Of a stretch of DNA of 64,000 bases, positions 47,108-57,956 are shown one piece after another; within the stretch, counting starts at the first letter, position 1; every line of letters begins with the position of its first letter. This stretch comes from Trueperaceae bacterium (GTDB lineage: Bacteria; Deinococcota; Deinococci; Deinococcales; Trueperaceae). The stretch spans positions 768,001 to 832,000 of the forward strand of contig CBDCDZ010000004.1 in the NCBI GenBank assembly GCA_965215565.1. Direction: 5' to 3'. The notes beneath the pieces were generated by a model. The model made no database searches, had not been told where the DNA came from, and saw nothing but the letters and a program-made list of their open reading frames with translations. Position numbers and translations under genes: made by a program.

Positions 47108-49651
47108 TCAAGCGAGAAGGCGGTGCACCACCGCATCGAGCAACTGCTCCGCGTCCCCCTGCGCCCGCTTTAGCCCCTCCTCCAGCGCGTCAATCAGCCC
47201 CATAAGCTCATCCACCTTAGCAACGATGCGTTTTTGTTCGTTGAGGGGCGGGAGAGGAAATACAAAGTTTTTTATGGACTTAACACCTACGTTTGCCTGA
47301 GTGGTTTTATTAGGCTCTGTTGAAATTCTTCAGTACTAGTTGTTAGAAAAGGGCATGAGCGACGTAAGAATCAAGGCTAAGCAGTGGACTAAAATCAAGG
47401 CATTCTTAGATGAGAACCCGCAGGTGTATGTAGGACAGGAGAAGCAGTGCCGTAAATTTGTTGAAGGGGTACTGTGGATGTTGCGTTCGGGTGCACAGTG
47501 GCGACTTCTCCCCCCGAGGTATGGCAATTGGAACAGTGTGTATAAGCGTTTTGACAGATGGAGTGAACGAGGCATCTGGAAGGAAATGTTTGAGCACTTT
47601 GCTGATGATCCCGATATGGAAAGTGTGATGATGGACGGCAGTGTCGTGCGAGCCCATGCGTGTTCGGCAGGTGCGCCCCATAAAAAAGGGGTCAAGAAGA
47701 ACAACACCTCGGCTATAGTCGCGGCGGGTTCAGTAGCAAGATACACGTCTTAGTCGATGCTTTAGGCAATCCGTTGCGGCTCTTACTCAGTGCCGGACAA
47801 GCGCACGAAGCGCCTTATGCCAAAGCCTTACTCGCAGACTATGAGGTTGAATTTGTGTTTGGTGACAAAGCCTATGACGCTGAAGCTATCCTCACGACTA
47901 TCGCTGAGATGGACGCCGAAGCGGTCATTCCACCCAAAAGCAACCGCAAAGAGCAGCGCGATTATGACGAAGAACTGTACAAAGAGCGTCACCTAGTTGA
48001 ATGCTTTTTCAACAAGCTCAAGCAGTATAGGCGCTGCTTCTCACGCTTCGATAAGTTCGCTCGTAACTACCTCGGCTTCTTACACTTCGCCTCGGCTCTC
48101 ATCTGGTTGCGGTGAAATGTCAACACAACCTAGTATATCTTGCGATCTCATTTTTTACAAGTCCAGACAACGAATAAAAGTAGATATATCTTGGCTCTAC
48201 GTGTCCCTTTAAGTTCTTGACAACTGCGCACGAGTAAGACGCAAGAAAGTCTATATCCGTTTCAACGAGTCCATTCTCTCCAATAGTGCCATAACGGGGG
48301 AAATGATGTCATCTCTCTTAGGCTGTATCTTACGACTCAACCGCTCAAAGTCGGTATTAGAAATTTTCTTTGCTGTTGAAAAGTTGATCTCGTTGTCCCC
48401 CGTAAAATCTCGAGGAGATACATAAGGTACGCCTTCTCTTACCTCTTCCGGCATCTTATGATCTACATCTCCTATTTGAAGCGAAACTTCATCCCATCTA
48501 CACCAGCGCCAAGTATTTGGTATTCGTATGGAAGTTTCGTCAGAACTAACTGGAGTTAAACCCTTTGTTTTTCGTATCTTTCCCTCTTCAACTAATTTTG
48601 CTTTCTCAGCTTCTATGCTCTCGAGCAACACTCCCGCCGGTTCATCCTCCGGGTCTTGGGGCACGAGCTTCCCCTGCACCGCCAGTTGCAACACCGCCTT
48701 GCGCAACGCCGCGACGCCCCCCGGCGCAGCGCACAAGAGGTCGAAGTTGTCCCGCACGCGCCGCCAGCTCCCCGCAAACGTATCCGCGTCCTCTGCGCTC
48801 AGGAGAGAGCTTAGCGCCGCGCCGCCGAACCTCATGCGGGCGTCCCTTTTGGCGCGTCCTTGCGCCTCGAGCCTGTCTATAAGCCCCATAAGCTCGTCCA
48901 CTTTGGCGACGATGCGTTTTTGTTCCTCGAGGGGTGGGAGGGGGAACAGAAGTGTATTTAGCTTGCCCTGATAAATCGCTGCAACATTAGTCGTATTTGA
49001 TTTGAGAAGGTCTAGTAGACTTTTACCCGAGGGAGACTGAAACCAGAGATTAGCAAAAGCATTATTAACACCCGGTCCGAAAATAACTTTAAGAATATTG
49101 TTGTTGAACAGCCAAATTTCTCCTGTCGGATTGAGAAATACACACGTTTTACCTACCAGCTCGAAGCTATTTCTCGTGTTGAAAAGAAAATCACCTTCAG
49201 ATAACTTGTACTTCTCAAGCTCTTCCTGGCTGGCATCGACTTTGGTAATGTCGCTAAAATCACACAACCCTGTTGTAGAAATATTGTTCATTTTGAAATA
49301 TGGGTAGTTGTTGCTTTCAGATTGTAAACGTTTTGCGCGTTCTAAGCCTGTGTGAGAATCGAGTTTTATAGATTCGAAATCTACCCAAACCCAAGATTGT
49401 GGAAGACAGAATGGACCATCAACCGACTCTGGAGTGAATAACTTTGATTTCCGAATCTGCTTATTCTGTATCTGGTTATATTTCTCTAACGTTAGTTTGC
49501 GAACTAACGCTGAGGCAGACTCATCACTCGGGTCTTGTTCGACTAACTTCCCCTGCACCGCAAGCTGCAACACCAGCTCGCGCAGCTTCTTGGCGGCGTT
49601 GGGCGCGTCGGTCAAGAGGTCGAAGTGGCGCTCTAAGGTCTCAGGCGTCAT
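47108..49651 (-). pseudogene. hsdS: Type I R-M specificity subunit, interrupted in TRD2 by a 1-bp frameshift (~48300) and an IS5
   Basis: Repeated LQLAVQGKLV.QDP.DE and PLPPL.EQKRIVAKVDELM. The second frame continues PRYGTIG...EIARY, then after the IS NKTTQANVG...VHRLLA* ending at 47108. Confidence 0.9.
47313..48130 (+). mobile_element. IS5-family (IS427-like) element, apparently intact
   Basis: TIRs GGCTCTGTTGAAATT / AATGTCAACACAACC with TA duplication (47311-12, 48131-32). Transposase 47355-48115 is in two frames joined at A6G4 (47682-47691). Motifs MDGS, GDKAYD, RHLVECFFNKLK. Confidence 0.92.
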
Positions 49652-50006
49652 CGTCAGCGCGTCCTTCTTCAGTTTGGTCTAACGCGCTTTGCAGCTCGGG
49701 CAAGAGCACAGGGATTTCGTTCTCGACCACATCCCACACGGTCTCCAAGCGGATGCCGAAGTAGTGGTGCGCCAGCACGTCACGAAACCGCGCTAGGCTG
49801 CGCCAGGGGATAGCGGGGTGCTGCTCGCGCACCTCGGCGGGGATGTTTTTGGCAGCTTCCCCCATGATTTGCAGGTTGTGAAGGGTCGCGTCTATGACCT
49901 GTTCGTCGCCTCGGAACCTCTCAAAGTCGTAGCCCTGAGTATAGCGCTGTACCTTTTGCGCTGCGCCCCGCATGTCCTCCAAAAAGAGGCGGGTGCTACG
50001 CGGCAT
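49641..50006 (-). CDS. HEPN (DUF86/HepT-like) RNase toxin
   Basis: LQIMGEAAK, IPW, RDVLAHHY (RX4HXY). Confidence 0.9.
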   Translation of the reverse strand: MPRSTRLFLEDMRGAAQKVQRYTQGYDFERFRGDEQVIDATLHNLQIMGEAAKNIPAEVREQHPAIPWRSLARFRDVLAHHYFGIRLETVWDVVENEIPVLLPELQSALDQTEEGRADDDA

Positions 50007-50307
50007 GGATGGTCAGTAAGTCCTGCTGTACCTCTTCGGTGACGTGAGGGTTCAGCGTGCCTTGCGTCGCCAAGTCCACCTTGCAGCCTAAGAGGTCTTC
50101 CAGGTAGAGCAGTGCGCCCGTGTACTGCCGAAAGGTCGGAGCGCTGCCGAAGTCCGCCAAGAGGTCTACGTCGCTCTCGGCGCTGCGCTGGTCTCTAGCG
50201 GTTGAGCCGAAGAGCGACAAGCTGCGAACGCCGTAGCGGGATTCTAGGACGTTAAGGTGTTCGCGCAGCGTTTGGATGATGTGTTCGCGCTTTAGCTCAC
50301 CTGTCAT
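49996..50307 (-). CDS. Minimal nucleotidyltransferase (MNT) antitoxin
   Basis: LFGSTARDQRSAESDVDLL (GSX10DXD), LEDLLGCKVDL. Confidence 0.9.
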   Translation of the reverse strand: MTGELKREHIIQTLREHLNVLESRYGVRSLSLFGSTARDQRSAESDVDLLADFGSAPTFRQYTGALLYLEDLLGCKVDLATQGTLNPHVTEEVQQDLLTIHAA

Positions 50308-50536
50308 AATTTGTGCGGCGCTCCATCCCCCTTAGCAGTTCCTTCTGCGCCTTCGGGTCGTGCATAGGCTCCGCGAACGCTTCCCAGAGGGCGATGGTCT
50401 CTTCGATGCGTTGCGCCTCTGTATTCTGGTCTATGTCCTGACCCGCTTCGATGTCTTCCAATGCAGCGGCGAGTCTGAAAAGGGCACTATCGTCAAGCTG
50501 GTCTATCTTTCTGCGTAACTGTTCTCTCACGGTCAT
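50297..50536 (-). CDS. Small hypothetical protein coupled to hsdM and MNT
   Basis: 79 aa, overlapping both neighbours. Antitoxin-like helical N-terminus MTVREQLRRKIDQL. Confidence 0.6.
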   Translation of the reverse strand: MTVREQLRRKIDQLDDSALFRLAAALEDIEAGQDIDQNTEAQRIEETIALWEAFAEPMHDPKAQKELLRGMERRTNYDR

Positions 50537-52002
50537 AACGCTACCTCTTCACCCTCCATCTTACCCGCTTCGGGCTCCAACGCCGCCATCAGCTCCCGTT
50601 TAAGCGCGTCCCGCGTCTCAGCGAGGTCGGCTAAGTGGGCTTGATACTCCGCTAAGAGGTCGTCGGGGTCGCCTAGAGCTTCCTCAACCGTATGCGGGTT
50701 CTTGATGTCCAGGTTGTAGCCGTTCGCCTTGATGTCCTCCACCGGAACGCGCCAGGCGTGGGCGTTCTCTTCGCGCTTATCCCACCACGCCTTCTCCGGG
50801 GCAAACTCGTCAATACGCATCGGCTTGGTCTTGGAGTACGACTTATAGCCCTTGGGGTAGGGGTGCTCGTAGTACCAGACCTCTTTCGTGGGTCTGCCTT
50901 TGGTGAAGAAGAGCAGGTTCGTCTTGATGCCCGTGTAGGGGTTGAAGACGCCATTGGGCAACCTCACGATGGTGTGCAGGTCGCACTCGTCCAAAAGCCG
51001 CTCTTTGATGCGCGTCTTGACGCCCTCACCGAAGAGTGTGCCGTCTGGCAAGACGAGCGCGGCGCGTCCGCCAGGTTTCAAGAGGTGCATGATGAGGACT
51101 AAGAAGAGGTCCGCCGTCTCGCGGGTGCGGTAGGTCGCGGGGAAGTTCTGCTCGATGCCGTCTTCCTCGGTGCCGCCGAAGGGTGGGTTGGTGAGCACCA
51201 CGTCTACGCGCTCGCTCGGGGCATAGTCGCGCAGAGGACGGGCTAAGGTATTGTCGTGACGAACTGAAGAGGGCACGTCAACGCCGTGCAAGAGCATGTT
51301 CGTCACGCAGAGCATGTGCGGAAGTTGCTTCTTCTCGACGCCGTGAATGGAGGCTTGTAGGGTCTCCCTATCTTCTGGTGTTTGGACGTAGGTGTCGCGC
51401 ACGTGCTCGAGCGCCGCCGTCAAGAAGCCGCCTGTACCGCACGCCGGGTCTAAGACCGTCTCGCCCAGCTTAGGGTCGGTCATGTCCACCATGAACTGTG
51501 TCACGGCTCGAGGTGTATAGAACTCACCCGCGTTGCCCGCGCTCTGCAAGTCTTTGAGGAGTTGTTCGTACAAATCGCCGAAGAGGTGCTGGTCTTTGGA
51601 GCTGTTAAAGTCGATCTCGTTCAGTTTATTGACCACTTGGCGAATCAGCGTACCGTTCTTCATGTAGTTGTAGGCGTCTTCGAAGACGCTACGGACGACG
51701 GTGGCTCGAGCGTCCCCGGCGGGCAAGTTCTTCAGCGCCGGGAAGAGGTCGGCGTTGACGAAGTCCAAGAGGGCGTCACCCGTGATGCCCTCGTCGTCGC
51801 TCGCCCAACTCTGCCAGCGCAGCCGCTCGGGGATGGGTGAGGTGTAGGCGTCGTCGAACATTTCGTGCTCTTGTTCGCGGTCGTCGAAAATTTTTAAGAA
51901 GAGCAGCCAGACGAGTTGGGAGATGCGCTGGGCGTCGCTATCTACCCCGGCGTCCCGGCGCATGATGTCTTGGATGCTTTTGACGGTGGTGCTGAGGGAC
52001 AT
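50533..52002 (-). CDS. hsdM: Type I R-M methyltransferase subunit
   Basis: GEFYTPR, LDPACGTGGFL, TNPPFGG, LPDGTLFG. Confidence 0.95.
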   Translation of the reverse strand: MSLSTTVKSIQDIMRRDAGVDSDAQRISQLVWLLFLKIFDDREQEHEMFDDAYTSPIPERLRWQSWASDDEGITGDALLDFVNADLFPALKNLPAGDARATVVRSVFEDAYNYMKNGTLIRQVVNKLNEIDFNSSKDQHLFGDLYEQLLKDLQSAGNAGEFYTPRAVTQFMVDMTDPKLGETVLDPACGTGGFLTAALEHVRDTYVQTPEDRETLQASIHGVEKKQLPHMLCVTNMLLHGVDVPSSVRHDNTLARPLRDYAPSERVDVVLTNPPFGGTEEDGIEQNFPATYRTRETADLFLVLIMHLLKPGGRAALVLPDGTLFGEGVKTRIKERLLDECDLHTIVRLPNGVFNPYTGIKTNLLFFTKGRPTKEVWYYEHPYPKGYKSYSKTKPMRIDEFAPEKAWWDKREENAHAWRVPVEDIKANGYNLDIKNPHTVEEALGDPDDLLAEYQAHLADLAETRDALKRELMAALEPEAGKMEGEEVAL

Positions 52003-52097
52003 GGGGTATCTTATAACGTGGGCTCGAGGTATGATCGCGACTTCTTTTTGTAGTGTGAAAGCGCTTGCTGGCTCACGTATAATTGAACCTATCTGCT

Positions 52098-55000
52098 ATG
52101 GACGGCTCTTTAGATCAACTTGTCAACTTCCCTCCCGAAGTGCGCGAAGCGCTTCAAAACGGCGCTCTCAGTTTCGCAGTCAACGTTCTCAGTAATGACT
52201 ATGTGAAGCAGCGTGCGTACATGCAGGACGAAAGGCTCAAACGCCTCAAGTTTGAAGCGGTTCCTGGAGACTACGATATTGAACGCGGCGTCCGAAAGGC
52301 TCAACTTTGGGCTACCTATAAGGTTGCTAGACATGCCGCAGAGACAGAGCCTCGTCACCAAGACTACTTCAACGGCATTGCAGACATGCTCCGAAGCGAG
52401 ATAGATAAGGTTGATAGAGACGACTATACCTTTACGAACATGCCGAGCCTCGACAAAGGAGAGATCAAGAAACTTCTACCTGGCGTCAGTATCGGTGAAG
52501 ATGAATTAGGCTGGCGACTCAAACTCACCACGTTGGCTGAACTCAAACAACGTTTTGGTTCAGAGCAAGCATTTGATACCTTGCAGCGACTTCTTCTCGG
52601 CGGATGGCAGGAGGGGGAACGTTCATTCGATTGGTTCGGTACTTTTTCAACATACTTTGCTGAGGAACGCAAAGACAATCCTGATCTAAGAGCCGCATTC
52701 GATGGATATGTATTAACCGAGATGGCGAATCAGCTCGAGCTAAACCATAGAGATGTACTCGCTCGATTAGAAGGAATCACCGACCGCTTAGCGCAAGTTA
52801 TACGGGAAGACGGTGCATCAACTCGCGCCGAGCTAAAACGCACTGCCGAGGGTGTAGGTACGCTTCTCGAGCAATCAAAGCCGAACGAGTGGTTTTTACC
52901 CCCCGGTGCATTGACGCCTGACGCCTCTCACCTCCCCCGGATTAAATCTGATTTCGTTTTTCCCCTTTCGCTAGGGGTTGAGGAAACGAATCACTCTACC
53001 CGCGATGGTGTCCAAATACTAACTGAAACTCGTACGTACGGCGAAAGCAGGGAGTTATACCGGAGGCGGCGCGTTCCCAAGCTCGCTGACACTTTTTTAG
53101 GTGAATGGGCAAGACAGCCGGGGTTATATGTAGTCACTGGAGAGCCAGGTGGTGGTAAGACCACGCTGCTAGGGTACTGGGCTAAAGAGCTGCATCAAAC
53201 TTATTTAGAAGATGACTCTCGAGCTTTCCCCCTCTATGTTTCCCTGCGGGAAATGCGTGGCACTGATAAAACTATTCTTCACGACCAGGGGGTACAACGG
53301 TACTTCAATCGTAAAGGATTGTGGGGCTACGAGATAGATGTGAGTCCTTACTGGAGCGGCGAGCGCAGAGCAATTTGGCTTCTTGACGGTTGGGATGAGC
53401 TAGAACCAACCGAGCAGGAAGATTGGCTAACTATCGCACGGTCGCTAAAAGGAACTGTGATTGTTAGCTGCCGAGCAGCCCAGTACCAAGGCAACTTAGG
53501 TCCTGACCACCTCATTATAGGGCTGAGCAAAGAGGAACAAGCGCGGTTCCTCAAAGGGCTCATACCTTCTCTTCGTATAGAAGACTCTACCGCCTACGCT
53601 AACGCTGACACAAGCTGGCGTGACGAGTTACTAGGCGAGGTTGAAAAACACCATCATCTACGCGAATTAGCTAGTAACCCCTTGCTACTTACTTTGATTG
53701 CACGGACGAATCCACCCGGCAAGGTTCAATTGCCTAGAAACCGAGAAGCATTCTACGGAGAAACGTTCGACTATATAGTGAAGCGACGCTTACCCGACCT
53801 AAATTATCGGGAGAAGCGCGACCTCAAAGCTGCACTCAAAGCAGTTGCAAGCCGGGCGCAGCTTGACCTTGTGATCAGTGAAGATGTTTTCTGGTCAGCG
53901 CTTGATGAGGTAAATGCATCTTCAAAAGTCGAGGAGCGGGCAAAAAGTTGCGGTATTCTTCAACCTAAAGGTAGCGGATACGAGTTTCTACACGCTACTT
54001 TTCAAGAATGGTTTTTAGCCCAAACCCTAGCCCAAAGTGGCGCATTAGTTGATGCTTTAGAAGCTCATTGGCGGAAGCCGAATTATGAGGAAACGTTAGC
54101 GCTCTTGTGGAGTATGGAAGCACCAGATGAGCGCTTCGCTGCCACAAAGTTTTTGCTTAACGTAGGGTGCCAATCTCAGGTCAATCAAGGTGAAGAAACA
54201 CAAGGTAAATATAAACGTAGTGGTATACGTACAGCTTTACACCTATGGCACCGAAGCGGGCTTCCCGTCGAGTCAAAGAGTCTGGAGCAGCTTTGGAACG
54301 AATTGCTAAGTAGTAATACTCCCAACAATCTTCGCGTCCTTGCAGCGGCAAGAAATGATAGGACACCCGTCGAAATACTCAAGCTAATGAAAGATAAGGT
54401 TGAGGAAGTGCGTTTGGATGTCGCTAGCAACCCAAACGCTACCGAGATGATGTTGTTAGAGCTAATGAAAGATGAGATCGCGATGGTGCGTCGGCGTGTC
54501 GCTAGCAATTCAAACGCCACTGAGCTGATGCTATTAGAGCTAATGAATGATAAGGATATGATGGTGCGTCGGCGTGTCGCCAGCAACTCAAATGCCACCG
54601 AACCTATACTGCTTGAGCTTATGAAAGATGAAAATGGAGGGGTGCGCCAGTATGTTGCCAGTAACCCAAACGCTACCGAGGCGGTGCTGTTAGAGTTGAC
54701 GAAAGATAAGGATAAACACGTACGTCAGAATACAGCCAGCAATCCAAACGCTACCGAGGTGGTGCTGTTAGAGCTGATGAATGATGAGGATGTGATGGTG
54801 CGTTGGCATGTTGATCGCAATCCAAACGCCACCGAATCTATGCTGCGTGAGCTTGTGGAAGACGGAGGAGTGCATTGGAGTATAGCCCGCAATCCAAACG
54901 CCGCCGAAGCAGTTCTGCTTGAGCTAATGAATGATGAGGATAAGCATATACATCGGAATGTCGCCCGCAACTCAACTACCACCGAGGCAGTGCTGTTAAA

Positions 55001-55310
55001 GCTGATAAAAGATAAGGACAAATATGTACGTCGGGGTGTCGCCCGCAACCCAAATGCTACCGAGACAGTTCTACTTGAGCTAATGAATGATGAGGATGAA
55101 TATGTGCGTCAGAACGTCGCCAGCAACTCGAACGCCACCGAGGTGGTGCTATTAGAGTTGACGAAAGATAAGGATACGATGGTGCGTCGGAATGTCGTCA
55201 GCAACCCAACCACTACCGAGGCAGTGCTGATCAAACTAACAAGAGATGAGAATAAGCATGTGCGAGAAGCTGTGGCTACTAATCTAAACACCTGCCTCGA
55301 GTGGCTCTAA
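52098..55310 (+). CDS. NACHT/STAND NTPase with C-terminal LRV/HEAT-like repeats (bacterial NLR-like)
   Basis: Walker A GEPGGGKTT, Walker B WLLDGWDE, VSCR, NPLLLTL, YEFLHATFQEWF. Repeats from 54408. Confidence 0.88.
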   Translation: MDGSLDQLVNFPPEVREALQNGALSFAVNVLSNDYVKQRAYMQDERLKRLKFEAVPGDYDIERGVRKAQLWATYKVARHAAETEPRHQDYFNGIADMLRSEIDKVDRDDYTFTNMPSLDKGEIKKLLPGVSIGEDELGWRLKLTTLAELKQRFGSEQAFDTLQRLLLGGWQEGERSFDWFGTFSTYFAEERKDNPDLRAAFDGYVLTEMANQLELNHRDVLARLEGITDRLAQVIREDGASTRAELKRTAEGVGTLLEQSKPNEWFLPPGALTPDASHLPRIKSDFVFPLSLGVEETNHSTRDGVQILTETRTYGESRELYRRRRVPKLADTFLGEWARQPGLYVVTGEPGGGKTTLLGYWAKELHQTYLEDDSRAFPLYVSLREMRGTDKTILHDQGVQRYFNRKGLWGYEIDVSPYWSGERRAIWLLDGWDELEPTEQEDWLTIARSLKGTVIVSCRAAQYQGNLGPDHLIIGLSKEEQARFLKGLIPSLRIEDSTAYANADTSWRDELLGEVEKHHHLRELASNPLLLTLIARTNPPGKVQLPRNREAFYGETFDYIVKRRLPDLNYREKRDLKAALKAVASRAQLDLVISEDVFWSALDEVNASSKVEERAKSCGILQPKGSGYEFLHATFQEWFLAQTLAQSGALVDALEAHWRKPNYEETLALLWSMEAPDERFAATKFLLNVGCQSQVNQGEETQGKYKRSGIRTALHLWHRSGLPVESKSLEQLWNELLSSNTPNNLRVLAAARNDRTPVEILKLMKDKVEEVRLDVASNPNATEMMLLELMKDEIAMVRRRVASNSNATELMLLELMNDKDMMVRRRVASNSNATEPILLELMKDENGGVRQYVASNPNATEAVLLELTKDKDKHVRQNTASNPNATEVVLLELMNDEDVMVRWHVDRNPNATESMLRELVEDGGVHWSIARNPNAAEAVLLELMNDEDKHIHRNVARNSTTTEAVLLKLIKDKDKYVRRGVARNPNATETVLLELMNDEDEYVRQNVASNSNATEVVLLELTKDKDTMVRRNVVSNPTTTEAVLIKLTRDENKHVREAVATNLNTCLEWL
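54408..55307 (+). repeat. In-frame 78-bp (26-aa) tandem repeat array
   Basis: Eleven units of VRxxVA(S/R)NPNATExxLLELxxD(E/K)Dxx (one is 24 aa) plus a partial twelfth. Confidence 0.92.
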
Positions 55311-55342
55311 CCCCATCTAATTTACCAGCGCACTTAACATCT

Positions 55343-57691
55343 CTAAGCCGCGTAAAGCTCCATCTCCAATCCCTGCAACGCCGCCAAATACTGCTGCTTC
55401 CCCCCAAAGTGCTTGATAAGCTCAACAGGCGACCCCAACGCACTAATCGGCTGCACCTTGAGCACACTGAAGTCTTCAATGCTCTCAATCCCAGCGTCCG
55501 CATACTTCTCCAAAAGCGCGTCCAACACCTTCCGCGCCTCTTCGCTGTACGACGAGAAGTACCCCCGTTTGCGGACACTCTCCGCCCGCTCACGCCGCGT
55601 CAAGGGCGGCTGGTCGTAGACGATATGGCAGATGAGGTCGAAGGGGTCGTAGTCCTTGCCGACCTTCTTCTGAAGCTCTTCGAATAGGATGCCCTGCTCT
55701 TCTAGCTCAGCGATGATGGCGTGTTTCTGCTCGGTGCGCGTCCAGGACTGTAAGAAGGACTCCAAGGTGCTGTACTCGCGCCTCACCGCCTTGCGGGTGT
55801 AGTCGGTGAGCGACTCGGTGATGAGCTTGCCGCCCGGTCCGTAATACTGCACGCGCTCGGCGATGACGGACACGTCGATGTCACGCACCGTGTACTTCCT
55901 GCGCCGTTCACCCTCGCCGATGGAGAAGGCGATGTCGGGCTCGAGTTCCTGCGCTTCCTCGCCCTGGTCTTCATCCTCGGGCGGTACAGGCGACTCGTCC
56001 GTCTCAGGCTCGTAAATCTGCACGGGCTCCCCGTCGAAGTCGGGGTCGGCGAAGAGTTCGGTCGCCTTCTTGAAGTCCATGATGGTGAAGAACTGTTTGC
56101 CGTAGTCCTCGGCGACCCGCGTGCCTCGTCCGATAATCTGCTTGAACTCGGTCATGGAGTTGATGCGCCTGTCTAAGACGATGAGCTTGCAGGTCTGCGC
56201 GTCTACTCCGGTAGTCATGAGCTTGGAGGTCGTGACGATGACCGGGTAGGGCTCCCAGGGCAAGATGAAGTTGTCCAGCTCGGCTTTCCCCTCGGCGTCG
56301 TCCCCGGTGATGCGCATGACGTACTTGTAGTTCTCGGCGACCTTATCCATGTTCTCGTTGATAAGCGCTTGACGCATCCTGCGGGCGTGGTCGATGTCCT
56401 CGCAGAAGACGATGGTCTTACCCATGCGGTCGGTTTGTCTGAGGTAGTCCGAGACCTTCTTGGCGACGAGGCGGGTGCGGGGCTCTAAAACGAGGTTTCG
56501 GTCGTAGTCCATCTGGTTGTAGATGCGGTCCTCTATTTCCACGCCGTAGGAGTCGCGCTGCCCCGCCTCGGGTCGCCAGCCCGTAAGGTCCTTGTCGATG
56601 TCGATACGCACGACCTTGTAGGGCGCTAAGAAGCCGTCGTTGATGCCCTCTTTGAGCGAGTAGGTGTAGACGGGCTCGCCGAAGTAGTGGATGTTCGATA
56701 CGTCTGCCGTCTCTTTGGGTGTCGCCGTCAAGCCTATCTGCGTCGCCCCGGAGAAATACGCCAAGATTCTGCGCCAGTTCGAGTTCTCCTTAGCACTCCC
56801 TCGGTGGCACTCGTCAATCACGATGAGGTCGAAGAAGTCGGGGGAGAACTGCGTGTAGATGTCGGCGTCGATCTCGTTGCCCGTCACCGCTTGGTAGAGC
56901 GAGAGGTAAATCTCGTAGCTCTTGTCCACCGTGCGGTTGCTGATCTTCGTCATCGCCCCGCCGAAGGGCTTGAAGTCGTTCGTCTTGGCTTGGTCTACCA
57001 AGATGTTGCGGTCGGCGAGGAAGAGGATGCGCTTCTTCGTGCCTGACTTCCACAAGCGCCAGATGATTTGGAAGGCGGTGTAGGTCTTGCCCGTCCCTGT
57101 TGCCATGACGAGGAGGATGCGGTCTTGCCCTTTGGCGATGGCTTCGACGGTGCGGTTGATGGCTTTGACCTGGTAGTAGCGCGGCGCACGCCCCGAGCCG
57201 TCGTCGTAGTAGGGCTGCACGGCGACGCGCTCGACCTCAGTGTCCTCCAAGCCCTTCCAGGCTTTGTAGCGCCGCCAGAGTTCGTCGGGGGAGGGGAACT
57301 GCTCCAAGGTCAGCTCTTGCTCTGGTATAGCAGCATTACCCATGCGGTCATGGAAGATGAACCCATCGCCGTTGGAAGTGAAGATGAAGAGTACGCCCAG
57401 CATCTCGCCGTATCTGAGGGCTTGCTGCATCCCGTCGCCTACACCGTGCGTGTTGTCCTTCGCTTCCACGATGGCGAGCGGGATGTTGGGGCTGTGGTAG
57501 AGGATGTAGTCGGCGCGTTTGGTCTCACCGCGCTTGGCGGTCTGTCCCCGCACGATGATGCGCCCTTTGGTAAACGTGACCTCTTCGCGTATTTGCGTCT
57601 GCACGTCCCAACCCGCCTGCTTGATAGCGGGGGTGATGTACTTGGTGCAGATGTCGCGTTCGGATAGGGCTTGTTTGTTGATGTGCGTCAC
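55343..57691 (-). CDS. hsdR: Type I R-M restriction subunit (EcoAI/EcoEI-like)
   Basis: ADY...IVEAK nuclease motif, [29 protein letters not shown], EcoEI-type C-terminus. Confidence 0.95.
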   Translation of the reverse strand: MTHINKQALSERDICTKYITPAIKQAGWDVQTQIREEVTFTKGRIIVRGQTAKRGETKRADYILYHSPNIPLAIVEAKDNTHGVGDGMQQALRYGEMLGVLFIFTSNGDGFIFHDRMGNAAIPEQELTLEQFPSPDELWRRYKAWKGLEDTEVERVAVQPYYDDGSGRAPRYYQVKAINRTVEAIAKGQDRILLVMATGTGKTYTAFQIIWRLWKSGTKKRILFLADRNILVDQAKTNDFKPFGGAMTKISNRTVDKSYEIYLSLYQAVTGNEIDADIYTQFSPDFFDLIVIDECHRGSAKENSNWRRILAYFSGATQIGLTATPKETADVSNIHYFGEPVYTYSLKEGINDGFLAPYKVVRIDIDKDLTGWRPEAGQRDSYGVEIEDRIYNQMDYDRNLVLEPRTRLVAKKVSDYLRQTDRMGKTIVFCEDIDHARRMRQALINENMDKVAENYKYVMRITGDDAEGKAELDNFILPWEPYPVIVTTSKLMTTGVDAQTCKLIVLDRRINSMTEFKQIIGRGTRVAEDYGKQFFTIMDFKKATELFADPDFDGEPVQIYEPETDESPVPPEDEDQGEEAQELEPDIAFSIGEGERRRKYTVRDIDVSVIAERVQYYGPGGKLITESLTDYTRKAVRREYSTLESFLQSWTRTEQKHAIIAELEEQGILFEELQKKVGKDYDPFDLICHIVYDQPPLTRRERAESVRKRGYFSSYSEEARKVLDALLEKYADAGIESIEDFSVLKVQPISALGSPVELIKHFGGKQQYLAALQGLEMELYAA

Positions 57692-57923
57692 GTGAGGGTC
57701 TATCCTACCGTGTTGGACGTTAAAGGGTTAGAGATTAGGTCACGGCTGTGTGCCTTACAGCAGGAGAACGCTTGCTTTACTGTCGAGCACGGTTCGCTTC
57801 GGCATAAGAAAAGAGTTGCGAAGCGTTCCACCTACGTGTTTGCACAAGACTTGACAGCAGTGTCTAAAACCACAGCAGACGTCTCATCGCAAATCCTTCT
57901 CCCTCTCATCAAACATAAGATGG

Positions 57924-57941
57924 TGTGTACTAACGTACACA
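57924..57941. promoter_or_regulatory. Palindromic operator upstream of the Xre pair
   Basis: TGTGTAC-TAAC-GTACACA immediately before the AAGGAGGT RBS. Confidence 0.6.
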
Positions 57942-57956
57942 TAAGGAGGTAGGGGA

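Noticed and set aside
47682..47691. IS5 transposase as a frameshifted pseudogene
   Set aside because: The break is at an A6G slippery motif typical of programmed -1 frameshifting, and both frames and the TIRs are intact.
54408..55307. Diversity-generating retroelement TR/VR pair
   Set aside because: The repeats are in-frame protein units, differences are not adenine-restricted, and no reverse transcriptase is present.
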